Shown here: in pieces, positions 56,145 to 64,000 of the stretch
Layout: each line of letters begins with the position of its first letter
Position numbering within the stretch: the stretch's first letter is position 1
Origin: an uncultured virus (IMG/VR IMGVR_UViG_3300042869_000273)
Lineage: Duplodnaviria; Heunggongvirae; Uroviricota; Caudoviricetes
Direction: 5' to 3' (one strand)
Length of the DNA stretch: 64,000 bases
Virus record (IMG/VR): IMGVR_UViG_3300042869_000273
Made by a program: the position numbers and the translations under genes
The notes under the pieces: generated by a model
What the model was told of the DNA's origin: nothing
Databases searched by the model: none
What the model saw: only the letters and a program-made list of their open reading frames with translations

Positions 56145-59100
56145 TTACGGTCCAATACCATACCAATCCATACCTTTAGGTATAGGAGCCAGTATATCTT
56201 TTCTCGTAATCTTGTTTCGAGGATTTATTAAGCCATCCTGAATAGCCTTTTGTCTTAAAGAGTTATAGGTTGCTCTTGACAACCCTTCTTCTCTAAGAGC
56301 AAGTAAAGTTTTCTCTATTGTATCACCTTCTAAGGCATCTGCATAGATTTCTCTAAGAGCTACCTTTGACTTAGCTGCTTGTCCGATGTTTGTGAAGAAA
56401 GCATCATGAATCGTAGCGGTTTCAACACCGTTTTTACGACCCCATAAATGATATCTTCTTACAATAGCGGCATCATTCATATGGTTGCCATTAACACCCA
56501 TACCAATACCTGCTCTCATTAAACTTGATTTTCCTAGAAGTGAAGCATCTTCTGCTCGATCTTCGTAAATATTACGGACCATCCTATTAGCCTCTTTGTC
56601 ATAGAACTCAATGCTAGTTTGGATTTTAGGTCTGTATCTCTGGTATAAAGTCTTACCATCAAATGTTACCCAAGGTACATCGACCTTCTGAGTTTCATCA
56701 ACGTAAGCTTTAGCAGCCTCTTTCCAGAATTGTACGAATTTTTGAGTTACTGGTGCTCTCTCAGCTAATCTCCGAGACATGATCTCAGAGACAGATTTGA
56801 AGTCTTGAGGACCAATTAGTCCTTTACGAGCATTCATTAACTTATCGACAAACGCTTCTACGTCTGGGTGAGAATCACGAGCATGTGATAAAAGTTCCTG
56901 CCCCACAGGGGTTTCACCTTCAACAACCTCATTCAACTCACGTTTTAATTGTTTAAGACCAAATACAACATTATCAGCACCTAGCCTATCTGCTTCTTTG
57001 ATCTTTGCATCTATAATATTAGTTACACCACGAAGTTCTTCACGGGTAACAACAGTATATCCTTTTGTTTCTAATACTGAAGCAAATTTAGCCTCAATAT
57101 TAGCCGCCTGTGTTGCCTTACCAGCGCCATAGAAAGAAACCATGTTCTGAGCCTTAGCGGCTTTTTGGAGATCAGTCCATTGAACATTAGCATCTCTTAA
57201 TCCTTGTATCTTTTGAAACTCTGGATCAGACACTGTATCCATTGCTACTAAGTCATACAAACGATTCTTTTGAAGTGTAGGTAACACATTTGAGTTAATT
57301 GAAATATCTCTATCGCCTGTACTCAATCCGATGATTTGAGCACCAGAGGATGAGGCATCATTCTCAATCATTAATTTTGTTTTATAAGTTGATAGCTTTT
57401 TTAAATCAGTAAAGTCACCATTTACATGATCATATATTCTAGCATATTCAATAGCCAGCCTAGATATCTTTGGGATTTCTTCAGCTTCCTGAGAACGAAT
57501 AATAGGGTGATCTAAGAACTCTCGAATACGTCTATCACGTTGAGTTGTTTCTCTCATAAGCCTACCAAGACTTAAAATATCTTTTTGATTTCTCATAAAG
57601 ATTTCCATTCTACCTGCTTGTGTTAATGCCTCTGTAGCTGGACCTATCATAGAACCAGTTTGAATCATTAGCTCCTGAACAATTTCAGGTGTAACAGCTT
57701 CTGCCTTAGCAGTGTTTAAGAATGGACGAACAACTTCACCTCCAGTAGGAGTAAGAAACCCTTGATAATAAACACGTCCACGACCATCAATATTAGCAAC
57801 TACGCTAAATGGTTTTCCAGTATCTCTATGAAACTTTACAGTTTGCATAAAGCTATAGCCTTGATCACCACGAGTTAAAATAAGTTTTCTAAAATCATTT
57901 AAGTCATCATACTTCTTTACGTTACCACGAGGATCTCTAAAGCGTACAACATCTTCCATAAATCCAGCATACTCATTATCAACTTCATATTTAAATGACA
58001 TAGTATGATTAAGCATATCAGCAAAATCTTTATCAATTAATAACTTATCATAGTTAGCATTAGCTCTACGGGTAATAACAGTAATACCTGTATTTTTACC
58101 TCTCGCATCAAAATAAGTTTTCTCACCTGGCCTAACATAAATCTTATCTCTATCATTAATAATACCAATTCGTTGGCTTACAATTAATGCTCGATTAATT
58201 CTTTGTAAATCTAGCATATCTTTATCTAAGATTTGCACCTCACGACTAACAGTATCTCTCCAAGGACCACTGGCACGACCTGTCTCTAAGTCTACTACTG
58301 AGCGCCTAGTCTTTCCACGTTTAACAACTCGGATATACCCAGAGTCTTTTAATGCAGTAAGTATTTCAGAACCGTCTTCATGATAATCTTTTAGCGTAGG
58401 TTTAAAAAATGGGAAGTTAGGTAATTTCCAGTTAGCTCTTAATTCTTTACCAATATTGATAGCAAGTGTATCATAGTCAGTAGATTTACCATCAGCAACA
58501 ACTGACATAACTCGTGATAAAGAATCAACAATAAATTTATCGTTTGTTTTATCTTCAATATATTGTTGTAGATAACTTTGTTTATTACCACGATACAAGA
58601 ATTCGAGATCTAATATTCTTCTCCAAGCTTCTTTCTTTTCTCTAATATATTTTGTTATAAGACCTTCTTTAGGCTTATTACGGTCTAACCATAATGCCCC
58701 ACCAGGAATTTCTTCTCTAACAAAGGTCTCTAATTTCTTACTAAATGATTTAGAGTCTCTTGTTAATGGACCTCTAAACCAAGTATACAATGGTGTTCTA
58801 CCAGTGTATAATAATTTACGAGCTAAGGGTCTACCATGCCTTTCAGCCCAAGCATCCTTATACCGTTGATTATCTAATGTGTTGTTTATGATGTCATCAA
58901 AGGTATAGTACTTTCCAAATATCTGTACTTTAGCTGGTTCTCCTGCAACTCCATAAGAATCAAACTGAGAGGATCTAGCACGAGAGCGTCTATCTAAAAT
59001 ACGACTTGTATTTACTACAGAGTATTGCATCTCTCCACGAACAACGTTCATGAAATTAACCCAAGGTTGTTTATCATTATTGTATCGTTCAAATACAACA

Positions 59101-60566
59101 CGTAGATTCTCAGTAACAGCAGTTTGCTGATTAACAGAAACAGAGTCATCAAGTGTTTCTACAAAATCCCTAATCCATACTTTTTGATCTTGAGATAAAA
59201 CTTTAGAATTTCTAACGAAGTCAAGTCTTTCTTGTAAAGTAAGAAAATCAGGATCATATAGCAAGGTAGAACTTTGTTCACCAGTAAATGGATCAAAGCT
59301 ATTATTACGTTCATCAAACTCGTTGTTAGACCGAATCCTGACAGATCGCTTACCTGCTAATGTAGTACCTCTATAATCAGTTAAGGATATAGCTTGTGCT
59401 AGATTATCTGAATCAGCAATATACATCTCTCTGAGTTGTCTCTGTGCTTCTGTATTCTTTAACAATTCATTAGGTCTAGATATATTAAGCTCAAATATAT
59501 TTTCTTCTGCTTTGCTAACAGCTGTTTGCCTTGTTGGAAACCATAGCGTACGAGCATTATCTAATTTTCTTAAAGCAGCAATGCTTAGTTGATTACCTTT
59601 AGTTGTAGTAAATGCTTTAACATCTAATGCACCTTTTTGTAGTAGTCCTGCTTTTTCCTCGCTACCTAAATGTTTAACTTGAACATTCATAGGTTGACGT
59701 TTAAGCCAAATACTGTATGTTTCAACAGGAGGAGGAGCACCATTAAGTTCAACTGGATTAGTTTCTTTTAGCTTATTAGCTTTAAGTCTAGTATCAGCAG
59801 TTTCATCAAGAGACCTTAGTAATTGATCTTTACTTTTTAAGATAGGGATCATTGAACTACGACAATTCCAATGTAATGGTGGACGAAATCTTATGTCATT
59901 TATTTTATATACTTCGCCATCATGGTGAGCACAAATTGCTGATGTTCTATTATCTAGTACAGCAGTAAACCGATAACCAATCAATAATTCTTCATTACGA
60001 CTCATTACAAGATTCATTGCAGTAGATTGAGTGTTAGTAATAGCAGTTCTAACAAGAGATTTAGCTTGTACTTCGCTTAGTGTAGTAGTTTTAATAACTT
60101 CATTAATAATCTCTTTAATAGGTTTACCATCTGCTAAACCACCCTTGATTTTACCATCTATCCTTGCTAGTTCAGCAGTACCAATAGAATCAAAATGTTC
60201 TCTTAAAGTTTTAGATGCAGTAACATTAGGCCCAATTAGTTTAGGAATAGCATCACTAGCCCTAGGTCTTTGAACTCTAAAAAATTTACCTGCACTTTTA
60301 TCTAAGTTATTAGAATGAAAATTAACAGCAGCATCCGCATAATCAGTAACAGAATTATTCACAATCATGTGAAGTTCTTTAGTGGCTCTTGTAACTTCTG
60401 GTTTAACATCAGATTTGATATTATTTTTTAATAAGTCTCTAAGTCTCTTTTGATGTCTACGGATACCTCTTGAAACATTTGTAGATGTCTCTGCCTCATA
60501 TAACCTTGTATCAGCTAAGTGCTGAATAATACGATCATAGAGATCTGTATTAATTGGTGTTGGCAT
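56145..60566 (-). CDS. MuF (SPP1 gp7-like head morphogenesis) domain fused to a single-subunit RNA polymerase
   Basis: N-terminal FTAVLDNRTSAIC...DG...PPLHWNCRS; C-terminal DGRGRVYY, NDASSSGAQ, KAQNMVSFYG, NHMNDA, IHDAF. Confidence 0.88.
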   Translation of the reverse strand: MPTPINTDLYDRIIQHLADTRLYEAETSTNVSRGIRRHQKRLRDLLKNNIKSDVKPEVTRATKELHMIVNNSVTDYADAAVNFHSNNLDKSAGKFFRVQRPRASDAIPKLIGPNVTASKTLREHFDSIGTAELARIDGKIKGGLADGKPIKEIINEVIKTTTLSEVQAKSLVRTAITNTQSTAMNLVMSRNEELLIGYRFTAVLDNRTSAICAHHDGEVYKINDIRFRPPLHWNCRSSMIPILKSKDQLLRSLDETADTRLKANKLKETNPVELNGAPPPVETYSIWLKRQPMNVQVKHLGSEEKAGLLQKGALDVKAFTTTKGNQLSIAALRKLDNARTLWFPTRQTAVSKAEENIFELNISRPNELLKNTEAQRQLREMYIADSDNLAQAISLTDYRGTTLAGKRSVRIRSNNEFDERNNSFDPFTGEQSSTLLYDPDFLTLQERLDFVRNSKVLSQDQKVWIRDFVETLDDSVSVNQQTAVTENLRVVFERYNNDKQPWVNFMNVVRGEMQYSVVNTSRILDRRSRARSSQFDSYGVAGEPAKVQIFGKYYTFDDIINNTLDNQRYKDAWAERHGRPLARKLLYTGRTPLYTWFRGPLTRDSKSFSKKLETFVREEIPGGALWLDRNKPKEGLITKYIREKKEAWRRILDLEFLYRGNKQSYLQQYIEDKTNDKFIVDSLSRVMSVVADGKSTDYDTLAINIGKELRANWKLPNFPFFKPTLKDYHEDGSEILTALKDSGYIRVVKRGKTRRSVVDLETGRASGPWRDTVSREVQILDKDMLDLQRINRALIVSQRIGIINDRDKIYVRPGEKTYFDARGKNTGITVITRRANANYDKLLIDKDFADMLNHTMSFKYEVDNEYAGFMEDVVRFRDPRGNVKKYDDLNDFRKLILTRGDQGYSFMQTVKFHRDTGKPFSVVANIDGRGRVYYQGFLTPTGGEVVRPFLNTAKAEAVTPEIVQELMIQTGSMIGPATEALTQAGRMEIFMRNQKDILSLGRLMRETTQRDRRIREFLDHPIIRSQEAEEIPKISRLAIEYARIYDHVNGDFTDLKKLSTYKTKLMIENDASSSGAQIIGLSTGDRDISINSNVLPTLQKNRLYDLVAMDTVSDPEFQKIQGLRDANVQWTDLQKAAKAQNMVSFYGAGKATQAANIEAKFASVLETKGYTVVTREELRGVTNIIDAKIKEADRLGADNVVFGLKQLKRELNEVVEGETPVGQELLSHARDSHPDVEAFVDKLMNARKGLIGPQDFKSVSEIMSRRLAERAPVTQKFVQFWKEAAKAYVDETQKVDVPWVTFDGKTLYQRYRPKIQTSIEFYDKEANRMVRNIYEDRAEDASLLGKSSLMRAGIGMGVNGNHMNDAAIVRRYHLWGRKNGVETATIHDAFFTNIGQAAKSKVALREIYADALEGDTIEKTLLALREEGLSRATYNSLRQKAIQDGLINPRNKITRKDILAPIPKGMDWYGIGP

Positions 60567-60632
60567 TTAAACTCCTTAATGTCACATAACAACTACATCG
60601 TGGATGTCCTTGATAGTAACTATTGTTTATAT

Positions 60633-60848
60633 TTATTCAGGTTTATTAGGAAATACTACTTCACCTTCAGGAGGATTGTTCATAAGCTCAGTAATAGCAG
60701 ACCTATACTCTGCCCACTGGTTTCTAGTAACTCCACTTAAATCACTCGATGCTATCCACTCTGTTTTAGCTAGTATTTCAGTACACTTATCTATTAGATC
60801 AGTATTATCCTGTTGTGGTGCTACACGTTTAATTATTTTAGGCTCCAT
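60633..60848 (-). CDS. small fibre-chaperone-like protein (likely start MEPK at 60848)
   Basis: L..TEW...D.....WAEYR.A......FP.KP, like the C-terminus of 21260..21706. Confidence 0.55.
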   Translation of the reverse strand: MEPKIIKRVAPQQDNTDLIDKCTEILAKTEWIASSDLSGVTRNQWAEYRSAITELMNNPPEGEVVFPNKPE

Positions 60849-62478
60849 TATTATTCCGATCATCATTATTATTATTATTATTATTGTCAGGCCGCATATT
60901 ATCTGTATTAGAGATAGATGAGTCAATGCTCATTGCTTTTGTGTCTACAAGAGGATCACTCTGGATTTCTGCTACACCCTCTTCATCATTATATTCTGAA
61001 GGTAGTACATCATTGAACTTAGCAATAGAGATAAAGGTAGAACGTGGAATAATACCTTGTTGATACCATTCTGTAACTAGCCTCATCCAATCTGCGCCTA
61101 CTGGTGTAGGGTTAAAGTCAGCACTTAATGTAAACTTAATATCTGTTGGAAGAACCTCAATATTATATTTCCACTTAAGCATTACTGTAATAATCTGTCT
61201 CATTGTTTCTGAGATACGAGTATTAAGCATACCTAACTGAGCAGTCTGGGCGGCATTACGGATTTCTAAACTTACACCTGACTCACCTGAAGAACCTTCG
61301 GGGGAGAGCATACGAATGCCCATACGAGCCATCTCTTCGATAGTAGCGGCAATACTTGCCTCCATATCTTTTAGAGCACCTGTAGGTGTATCTAGTGCTT
61401 TGATATCATCTCCTGCACGAAGTTTAATCCATGAACCTAAACCAGCATCAACAATATTCTCAAACTCTTCATCAGTCATATCTGACATAACTACTGGAGT
61501 GTATGTTGCAGCACCATAGAGTAAATGGTTACGACGGCTAATTTTATTGTATAGAGCAATCTCACGATCAATTAAAGATTGTAGAATAGGTTCTACAGGA
61601 TCAATCTGACCATTTAATGGATAAGCTGGAATGAAATTCATTCTCTCATTATTCATTAAAGGTATTTCTGTACGTGTCTTGTTCCATGCTGCATTAGCAT
61701 TATCTACTTGATACTTAGACGTAACATTACCGTTGATAACGTTAACAGACTCGTTAGTATCTCTTGTGTAGGTATCTACAACAAGCAATCCTGATTCATC
61801 TAGGTAGTAATGAGTAACTGTATCTACATAGTCTGGATGGAATTGATTTTTAGAATAGTCTTCCATATAGTAACGGAAGAGTAAGCTAGTTAATACTTGT
61901 TTATTAGTATTACGGTCTTGACCTCTACGCCAGTTAATAATATTCTCTGCTTGGATGAGCATAACATAAGGTGAAAGAGCCTTAGCTTCTTCCATTGTTA
62001 ATGCGTCTGGATTAGCAACTGTAGGATAGTCTACTAAACACCAAGCTCTAGATGACTGTAGTTCTTCCCAGATAGCAGCATCTAAGAATCCATGTAGTGA
62101 AGTCCCATCAGAGCCAAAAGAATTACGAATCCAATCTTCAGTTCCTTCAGGAAATAAGTTGTCTGGTAATTCAATTGATGCTTGTTTACGTAGTAATCCA
62201 CCTACAAGTACTTTAGCATACTGTGCTGTTAGTCCTGGTAACTCACCTTCAGCACGATAAAAATTGTACTGTTGAGAACTCATTGTAGGAGAAAATGGTA
62301 ATAGTAAGTTACTAAAATTTACTGGGTCAATTGTATCATCGTATGCTCTTGCATGCGTCTGCCCATTTAGAACAGCTCTAGCTCTTTCCCAGAGTGGCCG
62401 CATAGACTCGTATGCAGCATTAGGGTCCCCAAGGCTTTTTGTCTTAGCCTTTGATGGGGTCGTTGTTAGGTTTGCCAT
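60838..62478 (-). CDS. portal protein
   Basis: Y..Y..RA, LVDYP, PY..L..AENIINW; size and position before MuF/scaffold/capsid. Confidence 0.85.
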   Translation of the reverse strand: MANLTTTPSKAKTKSLGDPNAAYESMRPLWERARAVLNGQTHARAYDDTIDPVNFSNLLLPFSPTMSSQQYNFYRAEGELPGLTAQYAKVLVGGLLRKQASIELPDNLFPEGTEDWIRNSFGSDGTSLHGFLDAAIWEELQSSRAWCLVDYPTVANPDALTMEEAKALSPYVMLIQAENIINWRRGQDRNTNKQVLTSLLFRYYMEDYSKNQFHPDYVDTVTHYYLDESGLLVVDTYTRDTNESVNVINGNVTSKYQVDNANAAWNKTRTEIPLMNNERMNFIPAYPLNGQIDPVEPILQSLIDREIALYNKISRRNHLLYGAATYTPVVMSDMTDEEFENIVDAGLGSWIKLRAGDDIKALDTPTGALKDMEASIAATIEEMARMGIRMLSPEGSSGESGVSLEIRNAAQTAQLGMLNTRISETMRQIITVMLKWKYNIEVLPTDIKFTLSADFNPTPVGADWMRLVTEWYQQGIIPRSTFISIAKFNDVLPSEYNDEEGVAEIQSDPLVDTKAMSIDSSISNTDNMRPDNNNNNNNDDRNNNGA

Positions 62479-63204
62479 TTAAAGATTCTCCTCCATAAGC
62501 ATCCTAACAATTCTAGCAACGATGTCTGAACGAACAATATCGTCTACACCAAACTCGATGATAGGAATGTCAATGTTATGTTTTTTACATAGGTGGACAA
62601 ATTTAAGTATGTCCTTACCACTATTAATATCACTCTGGGCAGGATCGCCACAGAGGACCATTTTAGAGTTCTCCCCAAGGCGTGTTGTAATTGCCTTTAA
62701 CTCTTCAAATGTTAAATTCTGACACTCGTCTACAATGACAAGTGAGTTTTCATAAGATCGACCACGAATAGTTTCTAGTGGTTGGATCTCGATTGAACCT
62801 TTATTTACTAGGTATTGATAGAAGCCTAATCCAAAAGACTTCTCTAAAACACTAGTAATAGGCATTAACCAAGGAGCCATCTTATCAGCGATGGTCCCTG
62901 GAAAATGTCCTAAAGATTTTCCCGTAGCTACGTTAGCTCTGCTTAAAATTATTTTATCGTACTTCCCTGTTAAAAACAGAGAGGCTACCATAGATGAGGA
63001 GCAATAAGTTTTACCTGTACCAGCGCAACCAATAGTGACAGTGATAGGATAGTGGCGAATTGCAGTAAGCAAATTATCTTGCTTGTCATTTTTTGGTTGA
63101 ACATGAAATGGCCTTGGAGCCTTAATAACTTTAACATTAGATTGATAATCCTCAATATGTGTAACTTGAGCTTGTTTACGTGGAACTCTACGGGGTTTAT
63201 TCAT
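62479..63204 (-). CDS. phoH: PhoH-like ATPase
   Basis: GCAGTGKT, LGHFPG, RGRS, IVDECQN, TRLGENSK, GDPAQSD, DIVRS. Confidence 0.95.
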   Translation of the reverse strand: MNKPRRVPRKQAQVTHIEDYQSNVKVIKAPRPFHVQPKNDKQDNLLTAIRHYPITVTIGCAGTGKTYCSSSMVASLFLTGKYDKIILSRANVATGKSLGHFPGTIADKMAPWLMPITSVLEKSFGLGFYQYLVNKGSIEIQPLETIRGRSYENSLVIVDECQNLTFEELKAITTRLGENSKMVLCGDPAQSDINSGKDILKFVHLCKKHNIDIPIIEFGVDDIVRSDIVARIVRMLMEENL

Positions 63205-63217
63205 ATATGGTTAGTCC

Positions 63218-63331
63218 TTACTTCTTGAACTTAGATACTAGCTTGTCTTGTATTGTGATTGCCCATGATGGTTGCGGAACATGCCAACCAATAACAATAC
63301 CTACGGCAATGCAAATTAATGCTGTTATCAT
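63218..63331 (-). CDS. small 37-aa single-TM protein (not in ORF track)
   Basis: MITALICIAVGIVIGWHVPQPSWAITIQDKLVSKFKK; GGGGA RBS. Confidence 0.55.
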   Translation of the reverse strand: MITALICIAVGIVIGWHVPQPSWAITIQDKLVSKFKK

Positions 63332-63340
63332 AATATCCCC

Positions 63341-63526
63341 TTATTTCTTAGTAGGTACTTCTGTACCTTCTAGCTTTTTATGTGTTTTAATTTCTTTACA
63401 TACTTCCTTAGACTTTCCAGTCTTAGGGTCTTTAGTCTCTTTACAAACCTTTTTTGTTGTTTGTTCTGCAGAATGAACTGTAGGAACTATAAACATAAAG
63501 GCAAATAATAGTATAAACTTATTCAT
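63341..63526 (-). CDS. small secreted Lys-rich protein with two VCKE motifs
   Basis: Signal peptide; KVCKE...EVCKE. Confidence 0.6.
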   Translation of the reverse strand: MNKFILLFAFMFIVPTVHSAEQTTKKVCKETKDPKTGKSKEVCKEIKTHKKLEGTEVPTKK

Positions 63527-63535
63527 TTGTATCCT

Positions 63536-63994
63536 TTAGATAAGGGGATGTTCTGGGTGAGGAGGTGCTAGTTTACCCCCATAACCTGTGGTTACAGTAG
63601 TCTCAGTAACTGTACGTTGTTGTTGTACTGCGGGATAACTTTGTCCATACTGTTGTGGTTGCTGATTACCCATGGACATACCCATAGGTTGTGGACCTGA
63701 TGATACTCCTGCTATTTTCTCTTGACCTCTAGACCAGGCAGTAATACCTAATACAGCACCCATAGCCATATGAAACAAACCACCGCCCTGAAGGGTTAAT
63801 GGAGCCCACTGTCTAAACGCATCATTCTGAATAGCTACTTCCCAAAATTGTACAATAGTAAATCCAATAGGGAATATAATAAAGTCACATGCGCATACAC
63901 ACATATACATCATAGCCATTAGTGGACGCCATTTCTTTTGCATCCAACTTTCTTCTTCTTTCTTAGGTTCTTCAACCTTAGCTTCTTCTGCCAT
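63536..63994 (-). CDS. holin-like membrane protein
   Basis: KWRP, hydrophobic helices, LG...WSRG.EK. Confidence 0.6.
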   Translation of the reverse strand: MAEEAKVEEPKKEEESWMQKKWRPLMAMMYMCVCACDFIIFPIGFTIVQFWEVAIQNDAFRQWAPLTLQGGGLFHMAMGAVLGITAWSRGQEKIAGVSSGPQPMGMSMGNQQPQQYGQSYPAVQQQRTVTETTVTTGYGGKLAPPHPEHPLI

Positions 63995-64000
63995 AAGAAA

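Noticed and set aside
60849..60926. Poly-Ile TM-like N-terminus of ORF 60633..60926
   Set aside because: It is the alternate-frame reading of an AAT repeat encoding poly-Asn at the portal C-terminus
401..63476. All plus-strand ORFs in the track, and minus-strand ORFs nested out of frame (e.g. 3511..3813, 9304..9498, 29478..29717, 54696..55175)
   Set aside because: They lie within or opposite well-supported minus-strand genes and show no motifs; treated as shadow ORFs
1..64000. Alternative genetic code or prophage context
   Set aside because: Long ORFs are intact under the standard code, there is no suppressor tRNA, and no integrase, repressor or host flank is visible

Overview
A 64-kb, AT-rich segment of a tailed, siphovirus-like and probably lytic dsDNA phage. 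Essentially every real gene is on the minus strand. In transcription order (high to low coordinates) the window holds: holin-like gene, PhoH, portal, a 1473-aa MuF-RNA polymerase fusion, scaffold, major capsid, neck and tail genes (with a -1 frameshifted tail chaperone), a tape measure protein carrying a pesticin-type lysozyme, tail tip, a 2114-aa Calx-beta-like repeat protein, fibre genes, two 2OG-Fe(II) oxygenases and a hemO-pcyX bilin cassette. A block of small early-type genes follows, then a second stand-alone T7-like RNA polymerase, SSB, two tRNAs, nucleotide metabolism and replication genes, NrdA-glutaredoxin, NrdB and ClpP. The main highlights are (1) two single-subunit RNA polymerases, one fused to a MuF head-morphogenesis domain (candidate virion-delivered RNAP); (2) a perfect-consensus hammerhead ribozyme overlapping a stop codon, next to an H-type pseudoknot and a tandem two-hairpin repeat; and (3) a thrice-repeated SP6-promoter-like element, each copy within an inverted repeat. 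All protein calls come from motif recognition by eye; no database search was run.
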